Shown here piece after piece: positions 37,214 through 49,558 of a stretch of DNA of 64,000 nucleotides. The first letter of the stretch is position 1. Each line of letters starts with the position of its first letter. A program made the translations under genes and the position numbers. The DNA lies in assembly GCA_048013815.1 (NCBI GenBank), contig CM106586.1, positions 9,920,001 through 9,984,000 of the forward strand. The letters are read 5' to 3'. The stretch comes from Setoptus koraiensis (Eukaryota; Animalia; Arthropoda). Below the pieces are notes generated by a model. It made no database searches. It was not told where the DNA came from and was given only the letters and a program-made list of their open reading frames with translations.

Positions 37214-40200
37214 GTAAGTAGCTGTTGTGTGGTCACCTGTCGATACTCTCTCCTCTCTCTCTCAGTCAGAGGACTGACGCTCTCTCTCCTCTCTCGCTGA
37301 CCGACGCTCTCTCTCTCTCTGATGCGCTCGCCCTCTGATGCGCTCGCCCTCTGACGGCCGCCGACGGCCGCCGACGATCGCTCAAGATCGCCGACGGCCG
37401 CTGACAGTTTTCGGCTGACAGTTTTCGGCTGACAGTTGTTGACAGTCGTCAGCTGACTGGCGAATGGTGTCGCGGCGAGCGGCCCACTAACATGAACCAT
37501 CAATTGTAAAACGACTAAAATAACCAACGCACTCACCATTGACAGCGCCGTCTGGCATGATGTAATTTGTGTTTGCGGACAGGTGAATGCGACCGTGTCG
37601 CAACAGCGGGCACAATGGCCAACAGAGACAAGTGCAAGTGGTGGTCAGCTTTTTGCGGTGTGTGCCAAGCTTGCGTTGTTTGCGGTGGCATCATCGGCGG
37701 CATCGGCACTGATACGCTTACCGATACACTCGGCCGCAGCTCGTTGTTGTCGTTGTTGTTGTCGTTGTCGTTGTTGTCGTTGTCGTTGTCGTTGTTGTTA
37801 TTGGTGGTGTTGTTATTGGTGGTGCTGTTGTTGCTGCTGTGGCCATTGCACGGTCGTTTGTTGCGCCGGCCGCCAGCGAAAGAAGAGCTGAGAAGATTAC
37901 ATCATGCGATGATTGTCCAATCTATTCTGACATCTTTCTTTGTTGGCGCACACCGTTACTCTCTCCACTCTCCACTCTGTTGCGTAACCGTGGCTCTTTG
38001 TGCAGCAGCTGCTGCTGCTGGCGTGCTCGCTTAGCATCGCTCTAGTCTCGGTATCGCTCTGGTCGCTCGGTATCGCTCAGGTCTTAGTATCGCTCGGGCA
38101 TCGCACAGGTACCGCACAGGTACTGTTCGCATACACACAAACACATGTAGATGACCACCACTGACATGACGTAACATGACGCAACTCCCATAACTGCTAC
38201 TCCAGTGCTTAGTGTGTCTAGCCACTCAGCTGTTTCTTAACTGACAGTTGGTGTCTCACTGACAGTCTCACTAACTGTCGGTGGCGACTAAAAGGGGGCC
38301 AACTAAAAAGTGCGCCACCGCTCACGCCAACACCGAGCCAGCGAGCCCAATGAGCCGACCAGTGAGACGGCCAGTGTATCCTTTGTTGATAAGTCATGAT
38401 ATCTCTGGCGATCGAGAGATAACTCTACGAGTTGCGAGTCAACTTCTGGCTGCTTATCTCATTGTCTCCGTCGTCTTATTGTGTTTGTATCGATTGCTAA
38501 TGTTTTGATTGTCTGCTAACCTGTTGCCGGCTGGCTTACGTCATTAGATGACCGTTTGCTTGCCCTAATGTCAGTTTGCTGACATTACGGCAAGTAAACG
38601 GCCCGTCGTTGCAGCTTGTTGCGGCGCTCGTCGTAACATGCCTAATGAGCGGCCGGCTGCGAACGTCTCGACAGCGTTCAGACGAGCCCAAACAGACGAG
38701 ACTCGGGTAACTCTCGCCGGCGATCCGTCGAGCGCCGGCGAGCGTTACCCGAGTGCCCACATCTGACTGCTTCGCTCTTCGCGAACCGAGCGCCGAGAAT
38801 CGAGAGTCGGGAATCGAGAGCCGCGAACCGAGCGGCGCTCGCATCTTTTTTCGCACTCGCCGCAGCACTTAACATAAATAACATTAGAGGAGCTAAACTG
38901 ACGGGCTTGCGCCGACGTATAAATTGCAGTGCCCGACGCCACAATTTATACATCACTTGCCATCATTAGCCAGTGACATGTTGCCGGCCGGCCGGCTCGA
39001 ACAAGCTGTAACATGTCGCAAAACATGTTGGCCAACGGCAACAAGTGGGCTCGCTCGCTAAGTGAGCGATGCCTGAGTGGAGCTTATTGTTGCTTTTTTA
39101 TTTATCCTCATCATAGGCCGCTCTTGCGATATTGCCAGTTTACTTTTGGTGTCACCGTTGCACCGTTGCGCGGCTAACCGTTGAACTAACCGTTAAACTA
39201 ACCGTTAAGCAGGCGTCCCGACCCGTCCCGTCCCGGCTCGTCTTGCTGCGTCGGTCGGTCTGTGTGTCAGCCGTCTCCCAGTCGGTTGTTGTGTCGCTTT
39301 CAGTCGGTTGTGTCGCTTTCAGTCGGTTGCGTCGCTCCCTGTCAGTCGCGCTGCCTTCTGTCAGTGGGCCGCTGTCGCTAGTCAGCTGTTATTGTTTACA
39401 TTGGAAAGTGACACACATCGAAACGGCCGCTTCCTCCTTTTCCCGCTACCTGTGTGTGCGCTTACCTGTCTCCGGCCGATGCTCACCTGTCCGCCGGTTA
39501 CCCGTCTGCCGGTTACCTGTCCGTCGGTTGCCTGTGTGTCAGTCTAGCAGTGTTTGGCTACACACACGCTGTTGCGCAAACTTGCCGGCATCAGCTGATG
39601 GCCGGCAAAACAAGCACCGGCTGATGGCCGGCAAAACCGGCACCCATACGGCCACTTGACGGCGCCGAGCGCAGTTATATAATTATAATTTTAATTTCGT
39701 TGCATGATGCAACTTGCATCATGCGGCACCGGCCAGCGGGACGACGGCCAGCCAGCCAGCCAGCTGGTTCATTAGCCGGCCAGCCAACTAATTCATTAGC
39801 CAGACAGCCAACTGGTTCATTAGGCCCGCTGGCCGATCAGCTGACCGCAACGCACAATAACTGGTATATCACTGGCGTGCTGTAATTGCATAATTACACA
39901 CACACACACACACAGTGTGTGTGCGTCACGAGCGGCCGGTTATTGCACCTGTTTGACACATTGTTGTTGTTGTTGTTGTTGTTGTCAGTCTCGCTTGTTC
40001 AACTGACAACTGCCAGCTGATCTCGACTGCCAGCTGATCTCGACTGTCAGTGGGCCCAACTGTCAGTGAGCCCAACAGCTGTTGCTGTTGTGATCAATCA
40101 ATGCGCGCGCCGGCCACTGGTCGCCCGATGGCGGCCACTTGCTCAATGGGCGCTCATGACGACGATAAACAACAACTCGTTGTTTATGCCGGCTCAATAA

Positions 40201-43134
40201 TTAACTGGCTCCACAATCGAGCTTGATCGTCGCGTCTGATCGTTGGGCCTGATTGCCCGCCACCGCCGCTCGCCCGACCAAACGAGCGCCATTCGCGGGC
40301 TGCCAGCGTCTGCGAACTCGTCGCCCGTTTCCGCCAGAATCCGTCCGTTCGTTTGCGTCAATTGCGTCACTTGCGCTCACTTGCGCTCATTTGTGTCGAG
40401 CCAATTAGTGAGTGACACGCCGAATTGGCGAGACACAGCGAGCAGTATCACTGCACCCGACGGCTACACAATGACACTGTCGCCGGCTCGATCTCGCTCG
40501 CTTGCCTTTATCATTGCTTCGTTTGCTTCCCTTGCGTCGCTCGGTTTTGCGTCTCCCCGTTTTGCGTCGCTCGGCGCCACTTCCGCTTCCTTTTCGGCGC
40601 CGTTCGGCGCTGCGCGCTCTTGTTTGGCGCTCCGAGAGCGAAACTCGCTCGTTGCCGTCGGCGAGCGGACAAACTGCGGCAATTGAATTGCACCCAACGA
40701 GCCGCCTGTCGCGGCCACAAACAAGCCCGGCTCACCTTGCCCGTCGCTTTTGTGCCCGTTAGCCGGCTCATTTGAATGGGGCGCCTGTGCATTGTAGCGA
40801 GCGCCTTTGTGTGATCCGAGAACAAATTCACCTGTTCGCCGCTCGAACTGACGCAGCCGCCAACAGACGCCGCCGCCGATAGACGCCGCCGCCGATAGAC
40901 GCCGAGCGAGCGACGGGCAAACAATGGGCGCCTTTGTAAGCGCCACTGGCGCTCACAAAGCGCCCGCTCGCAAACCGCACCAAACTCTCGTAAGCGCGCC
41001 ACCAATTGCGTCATCCGCTGCGTCATCCATCGCGCCGTCCGATGCGCCGTCCGTTGCGTCATCCATTGCGGCATGTGTTGCGCCATTGTTTGCGGCGCCT
41101 CGGAAGCCCGCTGAGCGAGCTGAGACGGGACGAGGCGAGCTGAGATGACTCGGCGAGACTGCGAGTTTTCTCGCTGCCGCAGCAAACATTTTCCGACAGC
41201 GGATACGGCGGCGAATTCGGTTCTGGCGAGCGGCAAATTCGTTTCTGGCGAGCAGCGAATTCTGACGAGCGGCAGCCCCTCGCAGCGTCGCCGCTCGACA
41301 ACTGGGCAATTGCACCAACGGTCCGATAGCCCAACTACCCAGCGCCCGGATTGCCCGGCGCCCAGATTGCCCAGTTTGCGGGTGCGCCCAATGCCCGAGT
41401 TGCGAGAATTGGTTTATTCTCGCAATTCCCGCAGTTCCCGCGATTCCGGCGAAACTGCCGTCATGTCGTCGGAATCGCCGCCGTCATATTCCGAGAACTG
41501 GCGTCGTGTTGTCCGAGCGGTCGGAGCATCCTCGCCGCACCACCGACCAACCGTTTGTCGGTGCAGAGCACCAATCACGACACGGCCAGTTGCGTCATCG
41601 CGCATCATGCACCTCGCTGAGCGGCGGCGCCTGGGAAGCGAGCCGGCCAATTTGCGTTTGTCGGCCGTTGGCCATTAGCCGCCAGTTGGTAGTTGGCATG
41701 TTGTTGTTGTTGCTGTTGTTGTTGTTGATGCCGTTTGTTGGCCGGCGACCGCAGCGACGGAAACCGGCCGCAGTTGCGTCATGGCAGCCAGCGCGGCAAC
41801 CACGCCAACTGCGTTCGGCGAGTTGCAGCGCCCAGCCGTTCGTTTCATGCCGGCCCGGCCCGCCGCAACTCTAATTGGCCGGCTCCCGCCGACTGCGGCG
41901 TCCAGCTGGCGGGCCGGCCGCCGACGAGCGGACCGGCGAGCGGCCGCCGACAAGCGGCCCGGCCGGCCGCATCTCGCAGCGTCTGGCAGCATCATGCGGC
42001 GGCCCGACCGCCGCTGCGCCAGAATGGCTCGGCGGCCACCGCCGCAGCAGCCGGCGAGCCACGAAATTCCCAGCGAGAATTTGTATTCTTGCACTAACGC
42101 ACAAACTACGCAAGCGAGCGCCGCCCGAATGTATAAATATAAATGCGCAAATGCGTGAATAAATAATGCGGCCGGACGGCGGATTATTGCCGAGATTATT
42201 CTGGCGAGCGAGTGTGCATGCGGATAAATGCGCGCCACATCTCAATGGACATGTCCGAACGGACATGTCTAATTTGGACGGTCCAAACGTATAAATGGCC
42301 GGCCGGCCGACCGGCCGGCATCCGTAAGTGAGCCGCCGCGGTGCGGCCGACGCCGGTGATGCGCTCAATGGTCAGTGGCCATTGTCGCCACAGTGCTGAT
42401 TAAATCACTTCTCGTCGCCGGTCGGAGTTGCCTGATGCAACCGGCAACTGGCAACTGGCAACTGGCAACAACTTGCAACAAGTGGCCGGCCGGTTCCGAG
42501 GCAACATTTGCCCGCTGGCCGCAGCGAGCTCACAAACGACGACAACAACAATTATCCATTCTTCGCCACAGCGAAAAGTGCTCGTTGGCGCAATATCTCC
42601 CATTCTCGCCGTGTCCGAGTATCGCCGTGTCCGAGTCTCACCGCCAACCGGCCGCTCGCAAGCCGGCGGTCGAGCTCGCCGGCCAGACTGCGTCCGGAGT
42701 GCCCAGTTTTTGCAACTTTGGCCCGTCTCGAAACCGGCCACCGGCTCGGCGTCCGCATGAGTCCGGCTGAGTCCGCATGAGTCGCCGGCAGCGGCTATTA
42801 CGCCGGCCCATGGCGCCGTAATTGATGTTGCGCCGCACAAACGCTCGCTTCTGTGGCCACTTTGCATTGGCCACGCCGGCCGTTATTATTGTCGGCCCCA
42901 TTAGTCAGCTGATCGGGCCGACAAATAATGACACACGATGACAGCTCGCCGTTATATCGTATCATCGCTACATCATATCATCGCTTTATCGCATCATCGC
43001 TACATCACATCATCGTCATTATCGTATTGTGTTGCATTGTGCAACCGTCTCACGCGCCTCTCATCGTGCCTCGATAAGATGATCGACGCTCGATCGTGGT
43101 CGCCAGTCGATGAAAAGTCGCAGCCAGTCCGGCC

Positions 43135-43215
43135 CGATGCGACCGTGTGATGCGACCGTGTGATGCGACCGTGTGATGCGACCGTATGATGCGACTGCGT
43201 GATGCGACTGCGTGA
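43135..43215. repeat. 13-bp tandem repeat ~x6 (gatgcgaccgtgt drifting to gatgcgactgcgt)
   Basis: Visible directly in the sequence. Confidence 0.88.
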
Positions 43216-43567
43216 CGCAACAACACCGACAGTAACACCGACACGCAACACTCGATGTGGCCACTGTGATAATCACAGTGTGATTGGCTGTCGCACTGGC
43301 ACATTATACGTTTATACTGTCCAAATTAGACAGTGTTTGGCCACTAGAAGCTAGTGCCGTTGTTTGCCTAGAGGTAGCGTCTTGGCGGCGAGTTGGCCGA
43401 GTGCGACTTTGGTTGCAGCAACCGTTTTGTTGGCGGGGTCGCGTAGCGTCCGTTGCTTTCGTTGCAATGTGTGTGTCGGTCTGTCGGCCCGGCGGAAACT
43501 GCCCGCTCTGCCGCTTCTGCCTGCCGGGCAACTGGCGGGTTTTCCCGACCAACTGATGGGTCTTCCC

Positions 43568-43680
43568 GAACGACCGACTATGCCGAGCGACCGACTATGC
43601 CGAGCGACCGACTGTCCCGAGCGACCGACTCGCCCGAGCGACCGACTATGCCGAGCGACCGACTCGCCCGAGCGACTGAC
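43568..43680. repeat. 17-bp tandem repeat ~x6 (ccgagcgaccgactatg / ccgagcgaccgactcgc)
   Basis: Constant ccgagcgaccgact core with alternating 3-nt ends. Confidence 0.88.
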
Positions 43681-46268
43681 GGCCGAGGCACGCTGGGCCA
43701 TGCGATATCTATTCGACACGGTGCGTCGTTTGACGGCGGACCGGCGCCGATTAAGTGGCCGGCGGACGCGGACAGTCGCGCTGACCTTCCCACGCTCCCC
43801 TGCGCGCTACGCTCTCGTCACTGGCTGCCCCTTGCCATCGCAAGCCGAGCTGTCAGACTGCCCGAGCGGCTCGAGCGGCTCGAACGGCTCGAACGGCCCG
43901 AACTGCGCCAGTGGCAAGCGATTCGGCTGGCTTCGAAACTCACACTCCGACATGCAAACAACATGTTTGTTATGTAACCACACACACACACACTCTCGCA
44001 AGACACTGTGAGCGCGCTCTCACAGCGAACTCTCGCCAATTGCGCACCGACTGTTGGTTACATAATAAGGCTCTCTGATTGGCAATCAGCGAGCGCCGTG
44101 TGTGGCTCAGGTGTCACCCTTGGCGATCCTCGGTTGGCTCGATTCGATCCGCTCGGTGTCGATCGGGCGGCTGCGGCCGGCCCGCCGACGGGCCGGCCGA
44201 TCAGCCGGTATCAGTGCAATCCGTCGGTGTCAGTGCAATCCGTCGGTGCCAGTCCAGTCCGTCGGTATCAAGCCAATCAGTCGGTATCAGTGCAATGGCG
44301 ACGCAACAAGGGCAACGCAATTGATTGATGGCCGCTGCTGTCGATACGATCATGACGACGCGTCGTCTCGCACAAGCAACGCAAACAGCGCAACAATAAT
44401 TTATGCAATCAGCCCGGCCGAGCTAAGCGCCTGTCACTCAATAACTATCGCGCCGGCTCACCTGTAATGGGCAGCCATGGCAAGGCAGCTGCAACTCGCT
44501 GGCTGCCACTCTGGCCGCAACTCTGGCTACAACAACAACAACAGCGACAGCAACAACAGCGACAGCAACGACAGCGACAGAAATCACTTGTCAGGCTCGT
44601 TGGCAAATGGAAATTAATTGCGCCGCTCGCTACAATTGGCTGCAACGTTTAAAATCAATAACAATCTTGCTGTAACAGCCACTCGATTGTCGGCAGCTTG
44701 AGTGGCCACCTTTGCAGTTCAAGGGTCGAAAAACTCTGCCCGCCGATATCCGGCCGGGCCCGCTTGTTCGGCCGACTATCACTATTACCATTACCATTAC
44801 TATTACTATTGCTATTGCTATTGCTATCACTATTAGGCGGCGGCCCGAGCAAGGCGCCGTTCATGGCCACCGCCATCGTTGTAAATAATTGTTTTACATT
44901 TAAATCGTTGCGATATTATTAAATATCACATTTCTGACATTTGTGACTCGCAAATTGTGAGCCGATACTCGCTCGCTCTGGCCACTCTGCAATGTAGAGA
45001 CACTCTACATCTACACACGGATGGGCTCACTCTGATATGTAGATCCGACGCCGCATATTTCAGCGAATTTCAGCCAATTTCAGCGGGCTCCACAGCTCGA
45101 GCTTGCTGACAAACGTCAAGCCGATAACAAAAACAACTCGGCTGTTGTTTGGGCGATCATGATGAGCGTGATACTATTACGTGTGTGTGTGTGTTTAAAC
45201 TGAAAACCGTCGGCAAGCCCCCCAATAAACATGTCGCTACAGAGTGAATAATATAATTTATTTTGCACTCGACAGTGTGGCTGCTGCGACGTCAATCTCG
45301 GCTGTTCGACGTTAATTGTTAATTGTTTTGCCAGATCCCTGTCACCACTCAATTCTTTCTAATGCGATTGTGCACATAAAATATCCCCTTGTGTGACAAC
45401 TGTCTGTCAGCCAGCGTCGTTATTGTCTTTTTCACTTGCCAAACGCCAGCCCAATCTGACTGGCACCGCCATACAATGTTTGTATGTGCAAAGTGACTAA
45501 GCTAATCCATTATAATCAGTCCATTATAATCAGACTGATAGATCGTGACAGCGCACAAACAAGCTGCTATTGCAATTATTTAATTTACTTGACAGTGGAA
45601 AATTGTCGCTTTTCCACTATTGAACACAACGGCCATAATAATACAATAAATTACAGCAACAATTTTTTGTTGTAATTCTGTTTGTTTGTGAGCCGTGGAT
45701 ACAACCGTGGCCAGCGATCGCCCGATGAGCGATGAGATATCGCACTGTATCGTCCGCCGCCCCTCTCACCGTCACGGCCTGACCGTCGCCGTGTGGCCGT
45801 CGCCGTGTGACGGGCCGTCGGGTATACGAGCTCAAGCACCGGTGTCACCGTGATTGACACGTCAGAGAGGTCAAGTTGCCAGAGTTTGGTAATAACCTAC
45901 AACTGACTTGTGAGTCTCGTTGTGTGCCCATGGCAATTTATTTGATCGATCCATTCATCTCACCAACGATCTTCACACCGGGCCGCTCCACCAAAGCGAT
46001 GGGTGATGATAATTTCTGCTCATTTCCGACCAATTCATCTTGCCTAATCTATTACGACTGCCTGGCATGAATAGCGAGGTGTGAAATGCCGTTTGTTCGA
46101 CCCTCTGATCACTTTTGCCTATCCTATCCATCAACTCGACGGGTCGCAGATCGAGATTGAATCGCCAGCCAGCCAGCTAACTAACTTATCTCTTCTTTTA
46201 CTTTCTCTTTTTATCTCTCGCGAAATCTATTTAATTTGTGTTTCAACTCGCTCACTACACATACACAG

Positions 46269-46760
46269 GACAACGATGACAGCGACACCATTGAGCAACA
46301 CGGAAGCGAGGAAATTATCCAAAATATTGGTATTTTGAAAAGCGATAAAAAGATGCGCAATGGCAGCGCCGAAAGCAGTATGTCTACCACGCCGGATTGT
46401 AGCGAGTCAAATATGTCACAATCGCCCGTTGTCAGGCCAGATAGTACGGCCAGCACCCAAAGTCACGATTCTATTCTGACAGGAGACGATGATTCTATGT
46501 CAAATTCATTGGGACACCACGATTTAGACACCATGAAAACAATGGATAATGGCACACTCAAGGGCTCAATTATTAGTGGTAAGACCGCCACAAGCAACAT
46601 GAACAATAACAATACTAGTAGTGTCAACTTTATGGATTGTCTCAATTTAAATATGACGGCCTCGGAGATGCGCGAATTAATATCGCGCAGGAAGAAATTT
46701 GACCCAAAGAAGGCTCAAATGAACATTAGGCAGAAATACGAGATTATCCAGCAAATGTAA
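46269..46760 (+). CDS. NHERF1: NHERF/Sip1 terminal exon with the ERM-binding (EB) C-terminal helix
   Basis: C-terminus LNLNMTASEMRELISRRKKFDPKKAQMNIRQKYEIIQQM resembles the arthropod Sip1/EBP50 EB domain. Acceptor tacacag|GAC at 46268/46269 is phase 0, compatible with the donor at 37214. Intermediate exons cannot be excluded. Confidence 0.85.
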   Translation, partial: DNDDSDTIEQHGSEEIIQNIGILKSDKKMRNGSAESSMSTTPDCSESNMSQSPVVRPDSTASTQSHDSILTGDDDSMSNSLGHHDLDTMKTMDNGTLKGSIISGKTATSNMNNNNTSSVNFMDCLNLNMTASEMRELISRRKKFDPKKAQMNIRQKYEIIQQM

Positions 46761-47622
46761 ACAACAAACTTGCCTTGGATAACATCATACCGTTCATATT
46801 TAAACTACCACTACTACTACTATTATCGTCTAGGTCTAGCTCTACCTACAAAACACGTACGCATGCTTCTGGAGTTTGTTAACTATTAATGGATCTTCTT
46901 TGTCTACCTACACCAAGCTACACAAACACTTACACAATTCAAAGTTATGGTATTCTCATTGTGACAACACAATCAACAGTCATGAATAATTGATAACCAC
47001 TTGACATGATGATAGTATGGTAACAAGATTGCATCGGCTACACCACACATACACACAGACAAGCTGTGACATATGTCAAAAAACTATATCCTTTCCTCCC
47101 TTGTAATTATTTATCTGGTAAGAGTCGAGTTATTTCTATCTCGGTGTCTAATAGTTATTGTCAATCAACCGCAACCAACCAAGCAACCGTTCAACATTTC
47201 ACGGCATCTAACGATAGTCAAAATACTGCTGCTTAGTTCTAGACTCTTTTAGGAACTCACTCATGAGAAGAGGAGTATAGTCTGTATATCATTCATCAAT
47301 TATACATATACAATAATTACTAAAACTGAAAATACATGTAACATTCATTCCTTCACGTTGTAATGCCTAAACTGTTATTTACTCAACGAAAGTAATAAAC
47401 TCGCTGATAGATTGGCTGTCGCCACTAGCGATCATGTGATGAGCGTTAGGCCGGAATGATGTTTAAGTGGACACTTCAACAGGAGAGACTTAATATAAGA
47501 GGTGTAAGTCAAGCTATCGAGTGTGTCATTGTATAACAGTGACAACAACAGTAAATAAATAAGAAAGATACATTCCACAACCTTGCTCTTGTCACAACGC
47601 GTTCTAAGGGGCCTCAATAGCA

Positions 47623-48711
47623 TCATTTATTCGAACGAGCGACGCCTTCGTCACTGGTGTTCGTGCTCATGTCACGATCACTCGCTTGAGAACTTGTACA
47701 ACTACCGCTATTACAGGCACTTTCACTTGGTGTATCAACCGAATTGACACTTGTTTGTGAACTCTCAGTTCCATTGTCCGAGACCGTATTGCAGTGGTCG
47801 TCGTCGTCGTCCACTGATTTGGTTGGTGTGAGCGTTGGTGTTGGCGCTATTGGTGTTGGTGTTTTTATGGTTGTTGTTTGTGTTGTGGTTGTTGGCTCAC
47901 TATTTAAAACCATGATTTCATCATCTTCGGAGCTATCGTCCAACTCTATACATTCGGGTTGCGCTTGATTCGATCCAACGTGACTAGTTGTTGTTGTTGT
48001 CGTGAGTTGTTTGGGTTCATTTTCGTTGGTGTCTCGTTGTTTGTTATCGAGAGATTCTTTGGCCCTGAGAGCTCGCTGAAGACCCATCAATAGTCGGCGT
48101 TCCTTCCTCTTGCTTTTTCTCATTTGATCCTCTGTCACGTATTCCATGACAGTGTCAAGGCCAATGTCATTGAGTATTTCCATGTAAACTCTTGATTTGT
48201 CCAAATTAATCTTTAATTTTTTACCATTTTTCGTCTTGTTTCTCTGGACACTTGCAGCTTTCAAATGTTTGTTCGCTTGCTTGTCCTGTTTCTCCTGTCG
48301 CCTCTGGGCCATGAGCCTAGCATGGTTCTCTTGTTCCCTGAGTATTCGTGCCATGAGCGACTCTTTCAAGGGCATCTGCGGGGTAATTTGTGCCTCGGGC
48401 CTCTTGTTGGGTCCTTTTTGCTCTGCATCATCAGTGCCGTCTGTTGCCAGATCAATGAGGCCAGGGGTCGACGACAAGATTTGCTTGTCGGCCTGCGGAG
48501 GAGGGGTGAGGTTCTCATTTGTGCTACTAAGCAATTTGTTGCATGCTGTTGGCTTGTTGTTTTCGTGATCTGTGTTCCTTGAGACCACTGCTGTCGGGCC
48601 TATTATTGTTGGGTCTGCTGAGGGTAGAGATTTGTTTGTTGTGTCGCTGGCTGACTTGCCCGGATGAGAGAAGGGCCTGAAAAAAGATGTGATTTTCACC
48701 TGGTGCGACAT
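47623..48711 (-). CDS. Uncharacterised 362-aa protein with N-terminal PIP box, coiled coil and SIM-like motifs
   Basis: Long non-repeat ORF (398 codons in the track). Likely start MSHQVKITSFF at 48711 matches the PIP consensus Qxx(I/L/M)xxFF. Charged helix ARILREQENHARLMAQRRQEKQDKQ; SIM-like LIDLATD and CIELDDSSEDDEIMVL. Confidence 0.75.
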   Translation of the reverse strand: MSHQVKITSFFRPFSHPGKSASDTTNKSLPSADPTIIGPTAVVSRNTDHENNKPTACNKLLSSTNENLTPPPQADKQILSSTPGLIDLATDGTDDAEQKGPNKRPEAQITPQMPLKESLMARILREQENHARLMAQRRQEKQDKQANKHLKAASVQRNKTKNGKKLKINLDKSRVYMEILNDIGLDTVMEYVTEDQMRKSKRKERRLLMGLQRALRAKESLDNKQRDTNENEPKQLTTTTTTSHVGSNQAQPECIELDDSSEDDEIMVLNSEPTTTTQTTTIKTPTPIAPTPTLTPTKSVDDDDDHCNTVSDNGTESSQTSVNSVDTPSESACNSGSCTSSQASDRDMSTNTSDEGVARSNK

Positions 48712-49558
48712 TGTGAGCTTAGCCGTCCGCTTGCAATGGTAATGATACACCAATATATGTTCTGGTCCAGTAATTGATGAATGAAAATGGTTCGGCAATG
48801 ATCGATGATTATTGTACAAAATAAATATATAATATATGTAAATATAAATATAAATATTTATCTCAAATGCGTTGTAGAGAAATCAAATAAATATGTACAT
48901 CTTCTTGTGGTACAACCGGAATCACACAAGCAACCAGAATGAATATCCATACGGCAACAATGAATATGAGTACTACACACACTGCACACAAGCCGCGTGA
49001 ATGGTGACCACTGCACACAAACGTAAACAAAAGTTGCCTTTTGTTGAAAGTTTGGCGCGCAAACAGCGCGCAACAGCGCAAACTGCACCGCCCCTAGCAG
49101 AGTTTCTTTGAACTAGGTTATTTTCAAATATTCACCATCCATTTCGACAACCTCTCAAATCGCCGACGTTTACACATTGTTATTAGACTGATAATTAGAT
49201 TCTTCTAGACAATCAAAGCTGTTTTAGAAAACCCTACATAACCTAAGGAAATCATTTATTCTAAAAATCCAATCTAAAAAATTCATTAATTTACAATTTT
49301 TCAAACAGGCCGCCGAGTTACTATACTATTCGCTAACTCGAGATCTCCTGTTTGGGGTCCCTCCGAACTGACTATCGGTACTGCCACAGTGAACGTAGGA
49401 CTGTTGTGAAACAATGTAGGATATCACTGCAATATTATTGACGGACATGGTCGCGTATAATCCGACCAGCTTTTAAACTACACATCCGTGTCGGGTGACA
49501 TCACATCAGGTAGTGCTCAGATTAACATGATGTTATAATTACATAATTGTGGACAGTG

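Larger units (their letters stand above)
37214..46268 (+). other. Inferred ~9.06-kb intron of NHERF
   Basis: gtaagt donor and cag acceptor in matching phase 0. No convincing nested gene was found. Confidence 0.65.

Noticed and set aside
37877-37942. Hairpin containing TGATTGTCCAA, the first 11 nt of miR-219
   Set aside because: The match is on the 3' arm whereas miR-219 is a 5p product. The remainder diverges, the stem is heavily bulged and the loop is only about 5 nt. Small RNA-seq would settle it.
37876-38034. Alternative NHERF exon AKEELRRL continuing LNVTM as a second EB helix
   Set aside because: The nearby acceptor needs phase 1 but the donor at 37214 is phase 0; a phase-0 join gives RKKS-stop.
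5984-42290. Dispersed repeat family linking 5984-6060, the chitinase intron (25925-25995) and 42245-42290
   Set aside because: Shared identity is only about 11 nt (acatccgaaca); similar appearance, not demonstrable homology.
8192-43680. Repeat arrays as possible CRISPR arrays
   Set aside because: Units are head-to-tail with no unique spacers, there are no cas genes, and the context is eukaryotic.
27000-46000. Similar short ORFs between the chitinase and the last NHERF exon
   Set aside because: Same repeat-derived origin; no consistent exon chain or recognisable domain.
46077-46086. Perfect T-box half-site AGGTGTGAAA as a Tbx20 target
   Set aside because: A single 10-mer is expected about 0.1 times by chance in this window; there is no cluster or other support.
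23898-48819. ORF-track starts at 23898, 25995, 46236 and 48819
   Set aside because: The first three lie inside introns upstream of clear acceptors. The 48819 start adds 36 residues ahead of the more plausible MSHQ start, though this last point is uncertain.
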